Shown in pieces: positions 18,091-28,187 of a stretch of DNA of 49,788 nucleotides. A program made the translations under genes and the position numbers. Each line of letters opens with the position of its first letter. Position 1 is the stretch's first letter. The notes beneath the pieces were generated by a model. The model ran no database searches, was not told where the DNA came from, and was given only the letters and a program-made list of their open reading frames with translations. Origin of the DNA: a virus (lineage: Duplodnaviria; Heunggongvirae; Uroviricota; Caudoviricetes). The stretch spans positions 1 to 49,788 of IMG/VR virus record IMGVR_UViG_2718217868_000004. One strand, 5' to 3'.

Positions 18091-18507
18091 TCAGTAATCA
18101 GATCGGTACTGCATGCTGACTGGATGCGTAATATCGATATCACTCTGTATTGGCTGGCGTACCTGCGGCGGGCCATTGATGTAAACCGCCAGGTCTCCAT
18201 CCACCAGCGGGAGCCCCTCGGGGAAAGCATCGGCAATGGATTTGGCAAGCCCTCTGGCCTGGGTTACGCCGCTACCCGCAGGTGCAATGATATTGAGCTG
18301 GAGAATGCCCTGGTATGTACACAACTGACCTTCCAGGTCCTGCCCCACGGTTTGCGCTGGTAAGACATAAACGCGCCCATAAGGGGCATCATCAGGCGGG
18401 GTAAAAGCGATGTTAGGCCAGGCGATCGGCAATCCGAGCGACTCAGCGATAATCGCCACCCGGCTCTCCAGCAATTCAGCAATTCGCATGGACTGGTCAC
18501 CGGCCAT
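18091..18507 (-). CDS. Tail terminator / tail completion protein (assignment by position)
   Basis: 138-aa ORF immediately upstream of the major tail gene. Confidence 0.45.
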   Translation of the reverse strand: MAGDQSMRIAELLESRVAIIAESLGLPIAWPNIAFTPPDDAPYGRVYVLPAQTVGQDLEGQLCTYQGILQLNIIAPAGSGVTQARGLAKSIADAFPEGLPLVDGDLAVYINGPPQVRQPIQSDIDITHPVSMQYRSDY

Positions 18508-19096
18508 TGCGCACCTCGTTCATTGCCTCGCGGAAATATTGGGCTGCATCCAATGCGGTCAACCCGACCATACCGCCGGGCGCCTGGTTTGAATGTCCGT
18601 TCTCCAGAGCCTGGGCATATGGTAGGTTGTTAGTGAAGTAAATCGTGCTCACTTGCCCTACTCTGAACACCTCAAGCACCGCCAGACCGCGGGAGTTTGA
18701 ACCCTGCCCCGAAGCGTCCGGGGTATCGTTCGTCTCTGTTGGCTGGCTATCGAACCCAACATACCAGTTGTTCTTGAACCGACCACCGACATAACCCTCA
18801 GGCTTTTTGATGTCCATCGAGTCGTTTACACGCAAACCGCGCTTTAGTCGTCCCGATTTGGTCAGGTTGGCAGGATCATCGCGAAGGGCAGCATTATGTT
18901 CACGCACTGCAGTATTATAAGCAGAGGCCGTTTGGTTCACTTGCCAGGTCTCCGGCTGCCCGACTGGTGACATCTCCACCAATCTACCCAGGATTTTGAT
19001 ACCCGTCCGGCGCACCGCCTCGTCAATCTCCTGCTTTGAGCCATCAACGAACAGCTGAATAGCAGCCAGGAACGGCTGATTAGCAGAACTTGCCAT
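18497..19096 (-). CDS. Head-tail joining (neck) protein (assignment by position)
   Basis: 199-aa ORF in the head-tail connector block. Confidence 0.45.
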   Translation of the reverse strand: MASSANQPFLAAIQLFVDGSKQEIDEAVRRTGIKILGRLVEMSPVGQPETWQVNQTASAYNTAVREHNAALRDDPANLTKSGRLKRGLRVNDSMDIKKPEGYVGGRFKNNWYVGFDSQPTETNDTPDASGQGSNSRGLAVLEVFRVGQVSTIYFTNNLPYAQALENGHSNQAPGGMVGLTALDAAQYFREAMNEVRNGR

Positions 19097-19098
19097 AG

Positions 19099-19452
19099 TT
19101 ACGCCCTCAGTTGGATGTTGTAGGAAATCAGCACATCGGCAGGCTTAACCGGATTCGGCTGCACCACGCGCCATTTTTTGCCGTCGATTTCGATGCGGTC
19201 ATCGATGCGCACTTCCGTCTCGAAAGTGGCCGCCAGCTTCTTGTCGCCGGTGGCGATCAGGGAACCGTCGATTTCGCGGGAGGAGTATTCGGTGATAACA
19301 CCGGTTACGGTCGCGGTAATGGCCGGGGTGGTGACCTCTTTGCCGAACTGGTCACGGATGGTGCCGCCGCCGCGGGTAAGCTGATATGCCTTCCCGTTCT
19401 CGGTCAGCAGTCGGGTCACGGTCGCGCGCATGCGGCGGTAGTCGATTGGCAT
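19099..19452 (-). CDS. Head closure / head-tail adaptor protein (assignment by position)
   Basis: 117-aa ORF in the connector block between capsid and tail genes. Confidence 0.4.
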   Translation of the reverse strand: MPIDYRRMRATVTRLLTENGKAYQLTRGGGTIRDQFGKEVTTPAITATVTGVITEYSSREIDGSLIATGDKKLAATFETEVRIDDRIEIDGKKWRVVQPNPVKPADVLISYNIQLRA

Positions 19453-19453
19453 G

Positions 19454-19936
19454 TCACCCCCTTTCGATGCGGATCTGATTGCCGCCCACCACTAGCCCAC
19501 GCAGCGAGGAATAGAACCAGGGGAATGACGGCGAGGCCTTATTGGTTCCCGGCTCGTACTGCACGGTCACCGCGCCCTCTACGCGCTCCATCGTCACCGC
19601 CCCGCCACCAGCAACCGAAGGCGTGAGGTCAATCTCCTGCGATTCGATAGCCAGGCGACATTGAGCATCAACCACGCGCTGTGGAATAGCATCATCCGGC
19701 AGGTTAACACCATCAAAACGAACGCCAGAGCGAGGCCAGGATAGCGGCTGTGCAGCAACGCTGCGCTGCCCGCGCCAGGCCTTCCCTTCCAGAAAGTCCA
19801 TTGCCTGCATCAGCATCTGGCCGCACTCATCATCATCTGCAGGAATGCTATATCCGCGCCCGACGGCAAATGCCCGCAGGTCTGACACGCTTGCGTAGCT
19901 GTTGAAGCCTGGAGAGTTGGGATCGGCGTCCAGCAT
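19454..19936 (-). CDS. Head-tail connector protein (assignment by position)
   Basis: 160-aa ORF downstream of the capsid gene. Confidence 0.4.
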   Translation of the reverse strand: MLDADPNSPGFNSYASVSDLRAFAVGRGYSIPADDDECGQMLMQAMDFLEGKAWRGQRSVAAQPLSWPRSGVRFDGVNLPDDAIPQRVVDAQCRLAIESQEIDLTPSVAGGGAVTMERVEGAVTVQYEPGTNKASPSFPWFYSSLRGLVVGGNQIRIERG

Positions 19937-19938
19937 GT

Positions 19939-20172
19939 TTATTCCTCCAGACGCCAGTCCAGCGCCAGCCAGTTATCCACTTCATCAGGATGAACATCTG
20001 CGCGCAGCGGGCCGCCAGGGAATTCTGGGGTGTCACGTACCATGACCACCAGCTCAATACCCTGCTGTTCCTGCTGCTGTTCCTGCTGGGCAGGAGCATG
20101 TTCAGCGCCGTTCTTCGCCGCAAGCTTTTCAGCCTCACGCTGCGCGCGCTGCTCTTTGGTCAATCCGGCCAT
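19939..20172 (-). CDS. Small Gln/Glu-rich protein after the capsid gene
   Basis: Internal ATG at 20172 with AGGAGG RBS; preceded by hairpin GGGGC-cgaa-GCCCC plus U-run after the capsid stop. Confidence 0.4.
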   Translation of the reverse strand: MAGLTKEQRAQREAEKLAAKNGAEHAPAQQEQQQEQQGIELVVMVRDTPEFPGGPLRADVHPDEVDNWLALDWRLEE

Positions 20173-20210
20173 TGGGCCTCCTGAAAAACAAAGGGGCCGA
20201 AGCCCCTGGG

Positions 20211-21350
20211 TTAACCCATGATGATGGCGGAATGACGTGGCGCCACAGCAGCCACACCCCATGCCAGACCCACTTCATAACGCACCTGGCGGTACTGGCG
20301 GTACAACGCCACCTGGAAGGTGATGCCAGATACCGGGTCGGTCACATTCATGACGTCATCAGCAGTATCGCCACCTTCAGGCATCGCCGGGGTACGGCTT
20401 GCCAGCAGGAATGCTCCACGGTCAAACGCCATGTTCGGTACGAATTCGCTCAACACGGTAACATCAGCCTGATCTGCCAGATCCTGACGGAGGCCCGGCG
20501 CGCTAATGGTGATTGTGGAAGACGTAGCCGCAACGACCAGATACTGATTGTCATCACCGGCGAACTTCACCGCAGTACCTGCAGCAATACCGCCGGTGCC
20601 AGCAGAGATAGCGATGATGATATCGCCCTCTTTCTTCGCGCCATTGACCTTATAGCCAGCAGCGGCGCTTTTCGCGGTACGCTTGATGCTGAAGGATTCG
20701 TGGAGGTTGAAGCCCATGATGCGACCGATAACACCTTCACGCAGCAGCTGGTCGGTTCCCGCTTCGTTCGCTTTGAAGAGGACAGCCTGTTTACCACGGA
20801 TGGATGCCATCGCTTCACCACCCAGCACCATACGCAAATCGGTAGTCGGTGCACCGTTATCGGTCAGGATTTGACGCGCCAACGCAGCATCAGTCAGATC
20901 GTCTTTGATGCTGAACGGAGTATTCTTCGGCGCGCCAACAGCACGGGAGGAGTTGAGGTACAGCGCAGCGAGGTCTGCATCCACTTCGTTCGCCAGTGCG
21001 CGGAAAGCCTGCTTGAACTGGTCAGCAAGGATAGTGTTGTAGGTACCAGCCGGGCCCAGAGCCAATTGCTCTTCACCATTCCATTTCACCGGGGCCATCT
21101 TGGATTTGGTGATCTTGACATCCACACCACCGATGGTCTGGTCGCCAGAATTAGGCGCTGACGGACCAGGGACAATATCTTCAGTGGTGGCTGCAGGTGC
21201 GACTGGCGCACGTACGGTCTGGTCTTTAGCAGCAGCATCCGCTTTCGCGTCACGCGCCACCGCAGGAATAAAACCAGTTTGCTCGCGGGACACTACGTCC
21301 AGCGCGGTATAGATGGTCGGGATCAGACCAGTAAGGGTATTGCCTGCCAT
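20211..21350 (-). CDS. Major capsid protein
   Basis: 379 aa, follows the scaffold gene and precedes connector genes; followed by a terminator-like hairpin. Confidence 0.85.
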   Translation of the reverse strand: MAGNTLTGLIPTIYTALDVVSREQTGFIPAVARDAKADAAAKDQTVRAPVAPAATTEDIVPGPSAPNSGDQTIGGVDVKITKSKMAPVKWNGEEQLALGPAGTYNTILADQFKQAFRALANEVDADLAALYLNSSRAVGAPKNTPFSIKDDLTDAALARQILTDNGAPTTDLRMVLGGEAMASIRGKQAVLFKANEAGTDQLLREGVIGRIMGFNLHESFSIKRTAKSAAAGYKVNGAKKEGDIIIAISAGTGGIAAGTAVKFAGDDNQYLVVAATSSTITISAPGLRQDLADQADVTVLSEFVPNMAFDRGAFLLASRTPAMPEGGDTADDVMNVTDPVSGITFQVALYRQYRQVRYEVGLAWGVAAVAPRHSAIIMG

Positions 21351-21367
21351 TTATGGCTCCTTTCGAT

Positions 21368-22159
21368 TTAATCGACGATGCTGACGCCGTCTTTCAGCGC
21401 TGCTTGCTTGCCAGCGTTATCCAGGGAATCAAACGCACCGCGTTTCATGGTTTTCTGCCCGGCCTGATGCTGCGACTGGTGAGAGCCACCGCCGCTGTTG
21501 CCGGACGCTTTGAGGATGTAGTCTTTCTGTGGATGCAACTCGACCAAAGATTCCAGCGCTTCATCGAAGCTGGCCAGTTCGCCGGGCTTGGTACGGGAGA
21601 ACACCTTATTGCCCTGCCCGTCGTAAGCCACGACCTTGCCATCTTCGATTTTGAAGTTCTGCCCGAAGTGGGAGCGCACGAACTCAGCCGGGATCGCCAT
21701 CTTCTCGGAGATGAATTTCGAACCACCGAAGCGGCCGCCGATCATCTCGTCGTAGAGCTGGGTTTCCAGCTGCTTCGTTTTGCCGTTCGCTTCATCCAGC
21801 TGCTGCTGGAACACCTTGGTGATTTCGGCCTTCACCTGGTCAACGGCACCAGCGTCGATCAGTTTCTTCTGGTCGATTTTGGTCATCATTTCCAGGGCTT
21901 CGAGGGCCTTGGTCGGGTCGCTGATGCCAGCGAATTTCGCGAGACTTGCTTCCGCCTGCTCCTTCGCCTCACGGTGAGTTTTGGCTTCGCCGTTCAGAGA
22001 GGTGATTTTGTTCATCGCTGCGACCGCATCGAACGGGATCTCTTTGCCGTCGTCATGAATGAATACCGGCATACCGTTTTCAACGACCACATTGCCGTTA
22101 GCATCGAGTTTGAGTTTCATTGTTTTGCTCCAGCCTTCCGGCCATTGGTAATAGGTCAT
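21368..22159 (-). CDS. Scaffolding protein (probable start near 22120)
   Basis: Charged, helical-looking protein directly upstream of the major capsid gene; GGAG RBS before the internal ATG. Confidence 0.6.
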   Translation of the reverse strand: MTYYQWPEGWSKTMKLKLDANGNVVVENGMPVFIHDDGKEIPFDAVAAMNKITSLNGEAKTHREAKEQAEASLAKFAGISDPTKALEALEMMTKIDQKKLIDAGAVDQVKAEITKVFQQQLDEANGKTKQLETQLYDEMIGGRFGGSKFISEKMAIPAEFVRSHFGQNFKIEDGKVVAYDGQGNKVFSRTKPGELASFDEALESLVELHPQKDYILKASGNSGGGSHQSQHQAGQKTMKRGAFDSLDNAGKQAALKDGVSIVD

Positions 22160-22226
22160 CCGACCCGGTCACCGCGTCGCATCCGCTCAGCGGCAGGCAT
22201 AAAAAAGGCCACCCGGAGGAAGCCTG

Positions 22227-22454
22227 TTAGATAAATTCGACGGTTACTACGCCGCGCAGTTTGCGGGAATAGACCTCATCCCGCTTGCGCTTGTGGACCC
22301 GGAGTGGATATGGATAGAAGCATGCGATTCCTCGCTTAACATCCGCCCATATGCAGCGTTTGACCTCGTTGCCGTTAACGAACACTCGGCGCTTACCGCG
22401 GCCATCGCCCACATGGTGAAAATCGTCATCTCGCATAGACCACCCCCCAAGCAA
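22227..22454 (-). CDS. Small basic hypothetical protein (probable start near 22436)
   Basis: About 69 aa, Arg/Lys-rich; an overlapping alternative-frame ORF looks less protein-like. Confidence 0.3.
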   Translation of the reverse strand: MLGGWSMRDDDFHHVGDGRGKRRVFVNGNEVKRCIWADVKRGIACFYPYPLRVHKRKRDEVYSRKLRGVVTVEFI

Positions 22455-22459
22455 CTGGT

Positions 22460-22924
22460 TTAGAGAATTTGCCAGTCATCAGCCAAGACGTCGGTTTGGC
22501 TTGGTGCCCAAGGCACGCGAGCGCCATTTGGGTATGGCATAGCACCATTGCCCGGCACCGGATAAATTAAACGAATGTACGGCAGGTCCACAGATGGCGA
22601 CTGCTGGACCAGCTCAAGCCACAGGCCCTTGCCGTTCCAGCCTGCGCGGGTGACACGCTTGCCTGATTTCAGGGCTTCGACAGCCAGTCCGAAGCTAAGC
22701 CCCGCCACTGGTCGGTAGGCTTTGTCGAACACATCTTTCGGACTCCAGCTCACATACCCGTTGAAGCGATCGGTATTTGGCTTTCCGCCATCCAGATACT
22801 CGACGAGATAACCTTCATCACTTCCGTTTTCGTCACTTGGTAACTCCCAACCACGAAAGTCGTTATATGCCAGACGGGTCATCGGGTAAGCATTGATGAG
22901 CTTCACGCCAATATGTTGAGTCAT
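22460..22924 (-). CDS. DUF2829-like phage protein
   Basis: C-terminal half (ALKSGKRVTRAGWNGKG...VPWAPSQTDVLADDWQIL) matches the remembered DUF2829 pattern. Confidence 0.45.
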   Translation of the reverse strand: MTQHIGVKLINAYPMTRLAYNDFRGWELPSDENGSDEGYLVEYLDGGKPNTDRFNGYVSWSPKDVFDKAYRPVAGLSFGLAVEALKSGKRVTRAGWNGKGLWLELVQQSPSVDLPYIRLIYPVPGNGAMPYPNGARVPWAPSQTDVLADDWQIL

Positions 22925-22944
22925 TGTTTTATTACCTTATTCAG

Positions 22945-24048
22945 TTATTCAAAAGCCGATGCATCCACGCGGCGCAGTTCGTCCAGGGTCAGGAACTCCC
23001 CGGCATCGTTGAACATCTCCGGCACGGTGATTTTGCCGTCCCGAAGCATCATGGCGCGGGTAACGCCCAGCACCTGCTCCTGCCGCGCGTATGGCTGCCG
23101 GGTGAGCCAATCGGCGTAGCTGGTATGCGCTGGTACTTGGCCGTCCATTGAGGCGCGTGTGGCGCTACTCAGCTCGCCTGACGCTATCTGCAATTCTTCC
23201 CACGACTTCGTGAGCAGGATTTCGCAGGACCTGCATAGAAAATGGATTTTTCCCGGCCCGCGTAGGTAGGGAATTTCATGCCCCAGCGGCTTGCCATCGA
23301 GCGTATAGAGTTTGCGGTCGCGGATGATGCACCACTGGCTGGTATGCGTATCCAGGGTTGAGGACCACTGTTTGGCCTTCACGATATCGCTATTTGCCTG
23401 GGCGAATTCCTGACGCGCCGTGGCGGCCATGTGATTCACCGCGGTGCGGGTCACCACCGCCAGGTCGCGACGGGATGTGTTGATCACCCCGTCCTCGCGA
23501 TTTCTCTGCGGCGTACCCGCTACGCGCCGGACAATCTGCTCTACCGTTTCGCCCTGGAGGAAACCGGAGCGTACAGCGTTGGTGATTTTGTCCAGCCGAT
23601 CCAATTCAAGCTTCTGACTCCACTCTTTCAGCAACCGCCCCTGAAAGGGCTGCGCCACTGCTGAGGCGTAAACCTGTTCTGCCGCAATGCTCTGGAGCGG
23701 CACATGCTTGAGGATCTGTTTAGGGATGATGCTGCTGAACAGGTCCAGCTGATACCCGGTCTCATATTCAACGTAGCGCGTCAGTTCGCGCGTCAGCGCA
23801 GCATTAACCGGTTCATAGGCCTGCTGATTCAGGTCGCGCACGCCAGCCAGCAGCGATGCCAGACGACGGGCGCTATAGGTATCAGCGCGCTTTCCGTCCA
23901 GCAGCACCAGCAGTTTTGCGGCCAGGTCAGCATCCATCCTATTCAGCAACGCGACCATGCGCCGGGCGACGCCGGTGCCGTAGCGCGTCACATAAAGGCC
24001 ATGCGCTATGGTCTCGTCCTGCAGGCGGTCATTGACGGTGCGTGCCAT
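22945..24048 (-). CDS. Head morphogenesis / minor capsid protein (SPP1 gp7, Mu F-like)
   Basis: 367 aa directly downstream of portal; characteristic position and composition. Confidence 0.75.
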   Translation of the reverse strand: MARTVNDRLQDETIAHGLYVTRYGTGVARRMVALLNRMDADLAAKLLVLLDGKRADTYSARRLASLLAGVRDLNQQAYEPVNAALTRELTRYVEYETGYQLDLFSSIIPKQILKHVPLQSIAAEQVYASAVAQPFQGRLLKEWSQKLELDRLDKITNAVRSGFLQGETVEQIVRRVAGTPQRNREDGVINTSRRDLAVVTRTAVNHMAATARQEFAQANSDIVKAKQWSSTLDTHTSQWCIIRDRKLYTLDGKPLGHEIPYLRGPGKIHFLCRSCEILLTKSWEELQIASGELSSATRASMDGQVPAHTSYADWLTRQPYARQEQVLGVTRAMMLRDGKITVPEMFNDAGEFLTLDELRRVDASAFE

Positions 24049-24049
24049 A

Positions 24050-25453
24050 TCACACCTCGCCTATCGTTCTGGTATCCAGCGAGGAGGATTCAGCCAATAA
24101 CTCGTCCAGGACCTTTTCTGGGTCTGCGTCTGCATCAATCAGGTTAAGCTTCTGCAGCGCTTTAATCGCATCTATGCGGCGAAGGTCACCGCCCTGACGT
24201 AGCGACTGAATGGCCAGTGCAGCAGGAGGATTGAACTCTTTCGACTCGACATCCAGCTCGGTGCGGACATCGACGTTACCACCTTCGGATTCACCGATGT
24301 ACTCAGCCATAATCTGCAGGATATTGTCGATCGCATCCTCTAGGCTGGTTGCCATGGTGTAGAGCGGTGACTGCTCCTGCATCTTCTCTTCTGAGGTCTG
24401 GTCAACAGACTTGGTTGAGGTGTTGTCAGTGCGCAGCAGTTTCGCGCCTGCCTGGCGCATCTGCTCCACCAGGTCGGTTAGCGACTCTTTACCGGCACTA
24501 ATTGAGGTTCCAGTATGCTCGACATATTCCAATCCCTGTTTCTGTCGATCGGAGAACTGAGTTGCAGACGAAGAGCCAATTACCAGTTCCTGCCCATCCT
24601 CTAGCCCGAATACCGTGAGCAGAGGGACGCGCGCGACGTGCAGAATGTTGTCCTGCTCGCTCTGGCTCTGCCAGTGCTTCACATTCAACAGCGCCATGTT
24701 CAACAGCGGCGGAGAACCGCACATAAACCCAGTGCGCTTGGTGTAGAGCGTAACCAGGGTAATATCCCTGCGGGATGTTTGCCATTCCTCGTGCAGCGTC
24801 CAGTTCGCCTGGCCGTCGGCACCAGTGGCCTTGCGGTAAATCTGCACCTGCCCGGGCGTCAGCAGTCGAATCTGCTCGACCTTTGTTTGCCCGAAATCAT
24901 CGCCGTCTTCGACTACCACCTCTTTGATGCGCAGTTCGGTGAGCACCACCTTGCCGCCGGTTATCTTTGACTTCCAGCCGATCACCTGACGGGGATTTAG
25001 CATGGTGACGTACGGCCGCGCGCCGATAGCCTTTTCATCCGCCTTGGTCTTCACCTTTTCGGCGTCCACCCGGGGATAATCCACCAGAGCGTGCGAAAGG
25101 CCATACTGCATTGCCAGGCTGAAGAACGCCTGCGACCAGACATCGAGGCGACTGCCTTCCAGGTCAACGTTCTTCGAGAACTCGCGCAGCGCATCCGGGA
25201 CGTTCTCGCCCAGTTGGATCGGCTCAGCGAATACGCGGCCAACGTTCTGGTTGATGGTCTCTTCGTAGGCAGGAAGAAGCGTGGCCACAGCCAGGCGCTT
25301 TTTGTAATCCTCTTTGTCCTCTTTTGGCCAGCGCGGCAGATAAGCCTCACCAAGCTGGCGCATGTACAGCGTGCCGCCCATCAGGGCGTCGTTGATGTCC
25401 CACGCCTGCACCATGTTCCCATAGTCCAGATTGGGGGTTGAAATATCAGGCAT
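24050..25453 (-). CDS. Portal protein
   Basis: 467 aa immediately downstream of the terminase large subunit. Confidence 0.85.
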   Translation of the reverse strand: MPDISTPNLDYGNMVQAWDINDALMGGTLYMRQLGEAYLPRWPKEDKEDYKKRLAVATLLPAYEETINQNVGRVFAEPIQLGENVPDALREFSKNVDLEGSRLDVWSQAFFSLAMQYGLSHALVDYPRVDAEKVKTKADEKAIGARPYVTMLNPRQVIGWKSKITGGKVVLTELRIKEVVVEDGDDFGQTKVEQIRLLTPGQVQIYRKATGADGQANWTLHEEWQTSRRDITLVTLYTKRTGFMCGSPPLLNMALLNVKHWQSQSEQDNILHVARVPLLTVFGLEDGQELVIGSSSATQFSDRQKQGLEYVEHTGTSISAGKESLTDLVEQMRQAGAKLLRTDNTSTKSVDQTSEEKMQEQSPLYTMATSLEDAIDNILQIMAEYIGESEGGNVDVRTELDVESKEFNPPAALAIQSLRQGGDLRRIDAIKALQKLNLIDADADPEKVLDELLAESSSLDTRTIGEV

Positions 25454-25457
25454 GGGT

Positions 25458-27029
25458 TTAGAGCCTCAGGCTGGTGACTTTGCCGACTTTCTTCGGCGGT
25501 GAATGTAGGACGGCATAGCGCGTGCCATCCCAATCGTGATCTTCCTGCTGTGTGTCTACATCGTCAGGGTTCTTACTGTCGCGAACGAGAACCGGAACAC
25601 GGCTAATCCAGCCCCGGCAGTAGTCAAACACGTAGAATGCTGGTTTCTCTGGCATACCTGATTCCAGCTTCTTGCCCTCAATGACGGCCTCCAGCATGTC
25701 AGCAAACAGTGCCGCGCCGTTCACGCGTGAACCCGGCTTCTTGTTGGATGGCACCCATTTAACGCCCTGGGATTCCATTTTCTGGGCAATAGATAATTCG
25801 TCATCACCGGTGTTGTAGATAGCCCCGTCAGCAGGTCCGGGAACAACCTTCTTGCAGATACCGGGCATGATGTTCAGCTGCCCCTGCGTCACCCCGTTGA
25901 GTTTTATCTCCTCAGGCTCAGCAAGCTCCTCTCCCACCAGACGCTTATCAATCCACGCCACGCCCTTAGCAACGTTGGTGGATGACATATTCAGCCCTTT
26001 GTTCAGCTCATCAGGCGGGCAGCCGTACCACTCGCCAATGAGGATCAGCGACCCGGCAGGCGGGCAGAACTGGCGACCATCAGGCAGCTCAGCGGCAGTA
26101 CCGTCAGCCCGCGCCCACCAGAGGTTGGAGAACGGCTTCGATTCTCCCCAGTCATGAGAGCGGTCAACCGTCCAGCTATCGGGAATGCGGAACGGCTTAA
26201 TCACGTGATGCGAGGCATTCCACAGATGGTCAAAGCGACCACCGCTGGTGACATCCCATGAACCCTCAACCCATGCTTTTCGCCGGTTCGGGTCTTTAAT
26301 CGCCATCAACGTTGCAATGTACTGCGGGTCGAGGTACGGGTTCTCTTTAAACGAGCCATGAATAGCCACTCGCGTCAGCGTCACGTCCTCTTCTCGCTCG
26401 GTCTGAGGGTTAAACACCTTTTGTGTTTCGCGAATGATGGTGCCGCGCGGCGCAGGTTCGATGAAACGCTTCTTCACCCAGGTATGGCCGATACCGAATG
26501 GGTTGGTCGTGCTGAATGTTTCGAGCGGGATTGGCTTCAACAGACCGCCGTTAGCCAGCGGGTAGTTCTCCGGCCGGAACGATGAGCGCCGGCAGGAGAA
26601 CATCATTTCGTAGAACTCAGCAGACTGCTGCTTTGTCAGCTCGTTAAAGCCGATGAACGGGAACTCCTGACCGTGGTAATCCCAGTAATCCCCCTCTTCC
26701 TTCCCAAAGCGGAACAGCAACTCTTCGCCAGTCGGCCATACCCAGCGCAATTCAGATGCTGACGCCAGATAGCGTGCACCGTCATTAAACAGGCGATACA
26801 TACGCTTTGACTGGGTAATGATGTCGGTGAGGTTTTTATACTCGGTATCGAAAATGACGCCACGCCAGAACGAGCCATAGCCCAGACCAACCAGGCGACG
26901 AAAGCGCGCCAGTTGCGCGGCGGTTTTACCGGGGCCTCGCGTACCTTCGTAGAGGATTTCGTTACACGGGCAACTCAGGGAGAGCGATTGCGATCCCGGC
27001 AAAGGTTTCCAGACGGCTTTGTAATTCAT
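25458..27029 (-). CDS. Terminase large subunit
   Basis: 523 aa, Walker A-like GTRGPGKT near the N-terminus; overlaps the small-subunit stop. Confidence 0.9.
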   Translation of the reverse strand: MNYKAVWKPLPGSQSLSLSCPCNEILYEGTRGPGKTAAQLARFRRLVGLGYGSFWRGVIFDTEYKNLTDIITQSKRMYRLFNDGARYLASASELRWVWPTGEELLFRFGKEEGDYWDYHGQEFPFIGFNELTKQQSAEFYEMMFSCRRSSFRPENYPLANGGLLKPIPLETFSTTNPFGIGHTWVKKRFIEPAPRGTIIRETQKVFNPQTEREEDVTLTRVAIHGSFKENPYLDPQYIATLMAIKDPNRRKAWVEGSWDVTSGGRFDHLWNASHHVIKPFRIPDSWTVDRSHDWGESKPFSNLWWARADGTAAELPDGRQFCPPAGSLILIGEWYGCPPDELNKGLNMSSTNVAKGVAWIDKRLVGEELAEPEEIKLNGVTQGQLNIMPGICKKVVPGPADGAIYNTGDDELSIAQKMESQGVKWVPSNKKPGSRVNGAALFADMLEAVIEGKKLESGMPEKPAFYVFDYCRGWISRVPVLVRDSKNPDDVDTQQEDHDWDGTRYAVLHSPPKKVGKVTSLRL

Positions 27030-27514
27030 CCACCAAGAACCTCGCTCTGCTGTTTCTGTGCTGCTGCTTCCCAGTCGTCGACGTTATCGCAGGACGGGAC
27101 CGGCATAACGTTATGGGTGGCAACAACGCTTTGCTCAACCTTCTGTTTGTTGGTGTAGACATCCCCAACTTCTTTTGCTGCCTGTTCGAGAAGCTGAGCT
27201 GTCATGCCGAGGTTTTTCATGTTCTCTGCGGTCACAGACATTCGTTGCAGTACGCGAAGCCGATAAGCCTTATTAGCGATCGGGATTTCTGCAATTTCCG
27301 TCTGGAAGCGCTCGCGGGTTTCGTTGAACATCTCGACCCATTTTTTCGCCAGACCTTTGCCGTTTGCTTTCGTCGGGTCGTGAGATTCAACCTGCTGACG
27401 GGGGATCGTGATGCCAAATTCTTTTTTGACGGCATCGACCACTTGCGACGGCGTGTCGAAGCATGCAAGCGATTGAACGATAAACGCTTTCACCTCTCCC
27501 TTTAATGCAGCCAT
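27026..27514 (-). CDS. Terminase small subunit
   Basis: 162 aa directly upstream of and overlapping the terminase large subunit. Confidence 0.7.
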   Translation of the reverse strand: MAALKGEVKAFIVQSLACFDTPSQVVDAVKKEFGITIPRQQVESHDPTKANGKGLAKKWVEMFNETRERFQTEIAEIPIANKAYRLRVLQRMSVTAENMKNLGMTAQLLEQAAKEVGDVYTNKQKVEQSVVATHNVMPVPSCDNVDDWEAAAQKQQSEVLGG

Positions 27515-27545
27515 CGCTTACCGCCTGTCATAATCAGTCAAAAAT

Positions 27546-28184
27546 TCACGCCAGTCTCAGCATGCACGTCCCGCACGCTCTGGCGATGTTAAGTTTTGCC
27601 ACCTCTGCAGGTTGATTGGCTGCGTCCACCAGTTCTTGCACTTCAGTGCTCGCCCCGTATCTACGCACAACACCGACAAATTCTTCGACGTCGTGGCCGC
27701 GCAATGTCAGTACCGGTTGCCCGGTCTCTTTGTTGAACTTAGGTGCGCCGAAATCATCGGTGGCCTGGGCAATGTGGTAAAGCTCATGCTCTACCAGGGC
27801 GCAGAATTCAAGGTCGCTGCATTGTGAGCAGTAGTCGGCTGCCAGCGTGATGATGAACTTCGGGATGCGTCCGAACCATTCATACATCTGCTGTTCCATT
27901 CTGGCCTTCTGCCAACCACCTGCGCGGAGCATTACCTGTTCGGCCTGTCCGAGAACGTAGCGCCCTTTCTTCGCGAATGAGTCAGAAGCCCACATAAAAC
28001 ACAAATCAGCTTCCATTAAATGGGCGTGGTCTGGGTTATGGATGCTTCCGCTATCGCTGAGGATTTGATGGCTTATCCAGTCAAGCACTTCATTGGCGGG
28101 AATCAATCTGGTGTAGGGCTGCCAGTTATCAGGGCCAATGAAATTAACTGGTGGAAGTGGCCTGCGCTCGTCTTCGTTCACCAT
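27546..28184 (-). CDS. Zincin-like protein with HExxH motif (putative metallopeptidase)
   Basis: ALVEHELYHI motif; adjacent paralog-like HExxH protein; upstream of terminase in the late operon. Confidence 0.5.
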   Translation of the reverse strand: MVNEDERRPLPPVNFIGPDNWQPYTRLIPANEVLDWISHQILSDSGSIHNPDHAHLMEADLCFMWASDSFAKKGRYVLGQAEQVMLRAGGWQKARMEQQMYEWFGRIPKFIITLAADYCSQCSDLEFCALVEHELYHIAQATDDFGAPKFNKETGQPVLTLRGHDVEEFVGVVRRYGASTEVQELVDAANQPAEVAKLNIARACGTCMLRLA

Positions 28185-28187
28185 GAG

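Noticed and set aside
20172-22234. Long plus-strand ORFs (329 aa and 293 aa) antisense to the capsid and scaffold genes
   Set aside because: Low-complexity Arg/Cys/His-rich translations with no RBS, entirely overlapping well-supported minus-strand structural genes; typical antisense ORFs in GC-rich coding DNA.
27515-27545. cos site upstream of the terminase small subunit
   Set aside because: The intergenic interval is only about 30 bp with no recognisable cos-like symmetry; the packaging mode (cos versus pac) cannot be decided from sequence alone.
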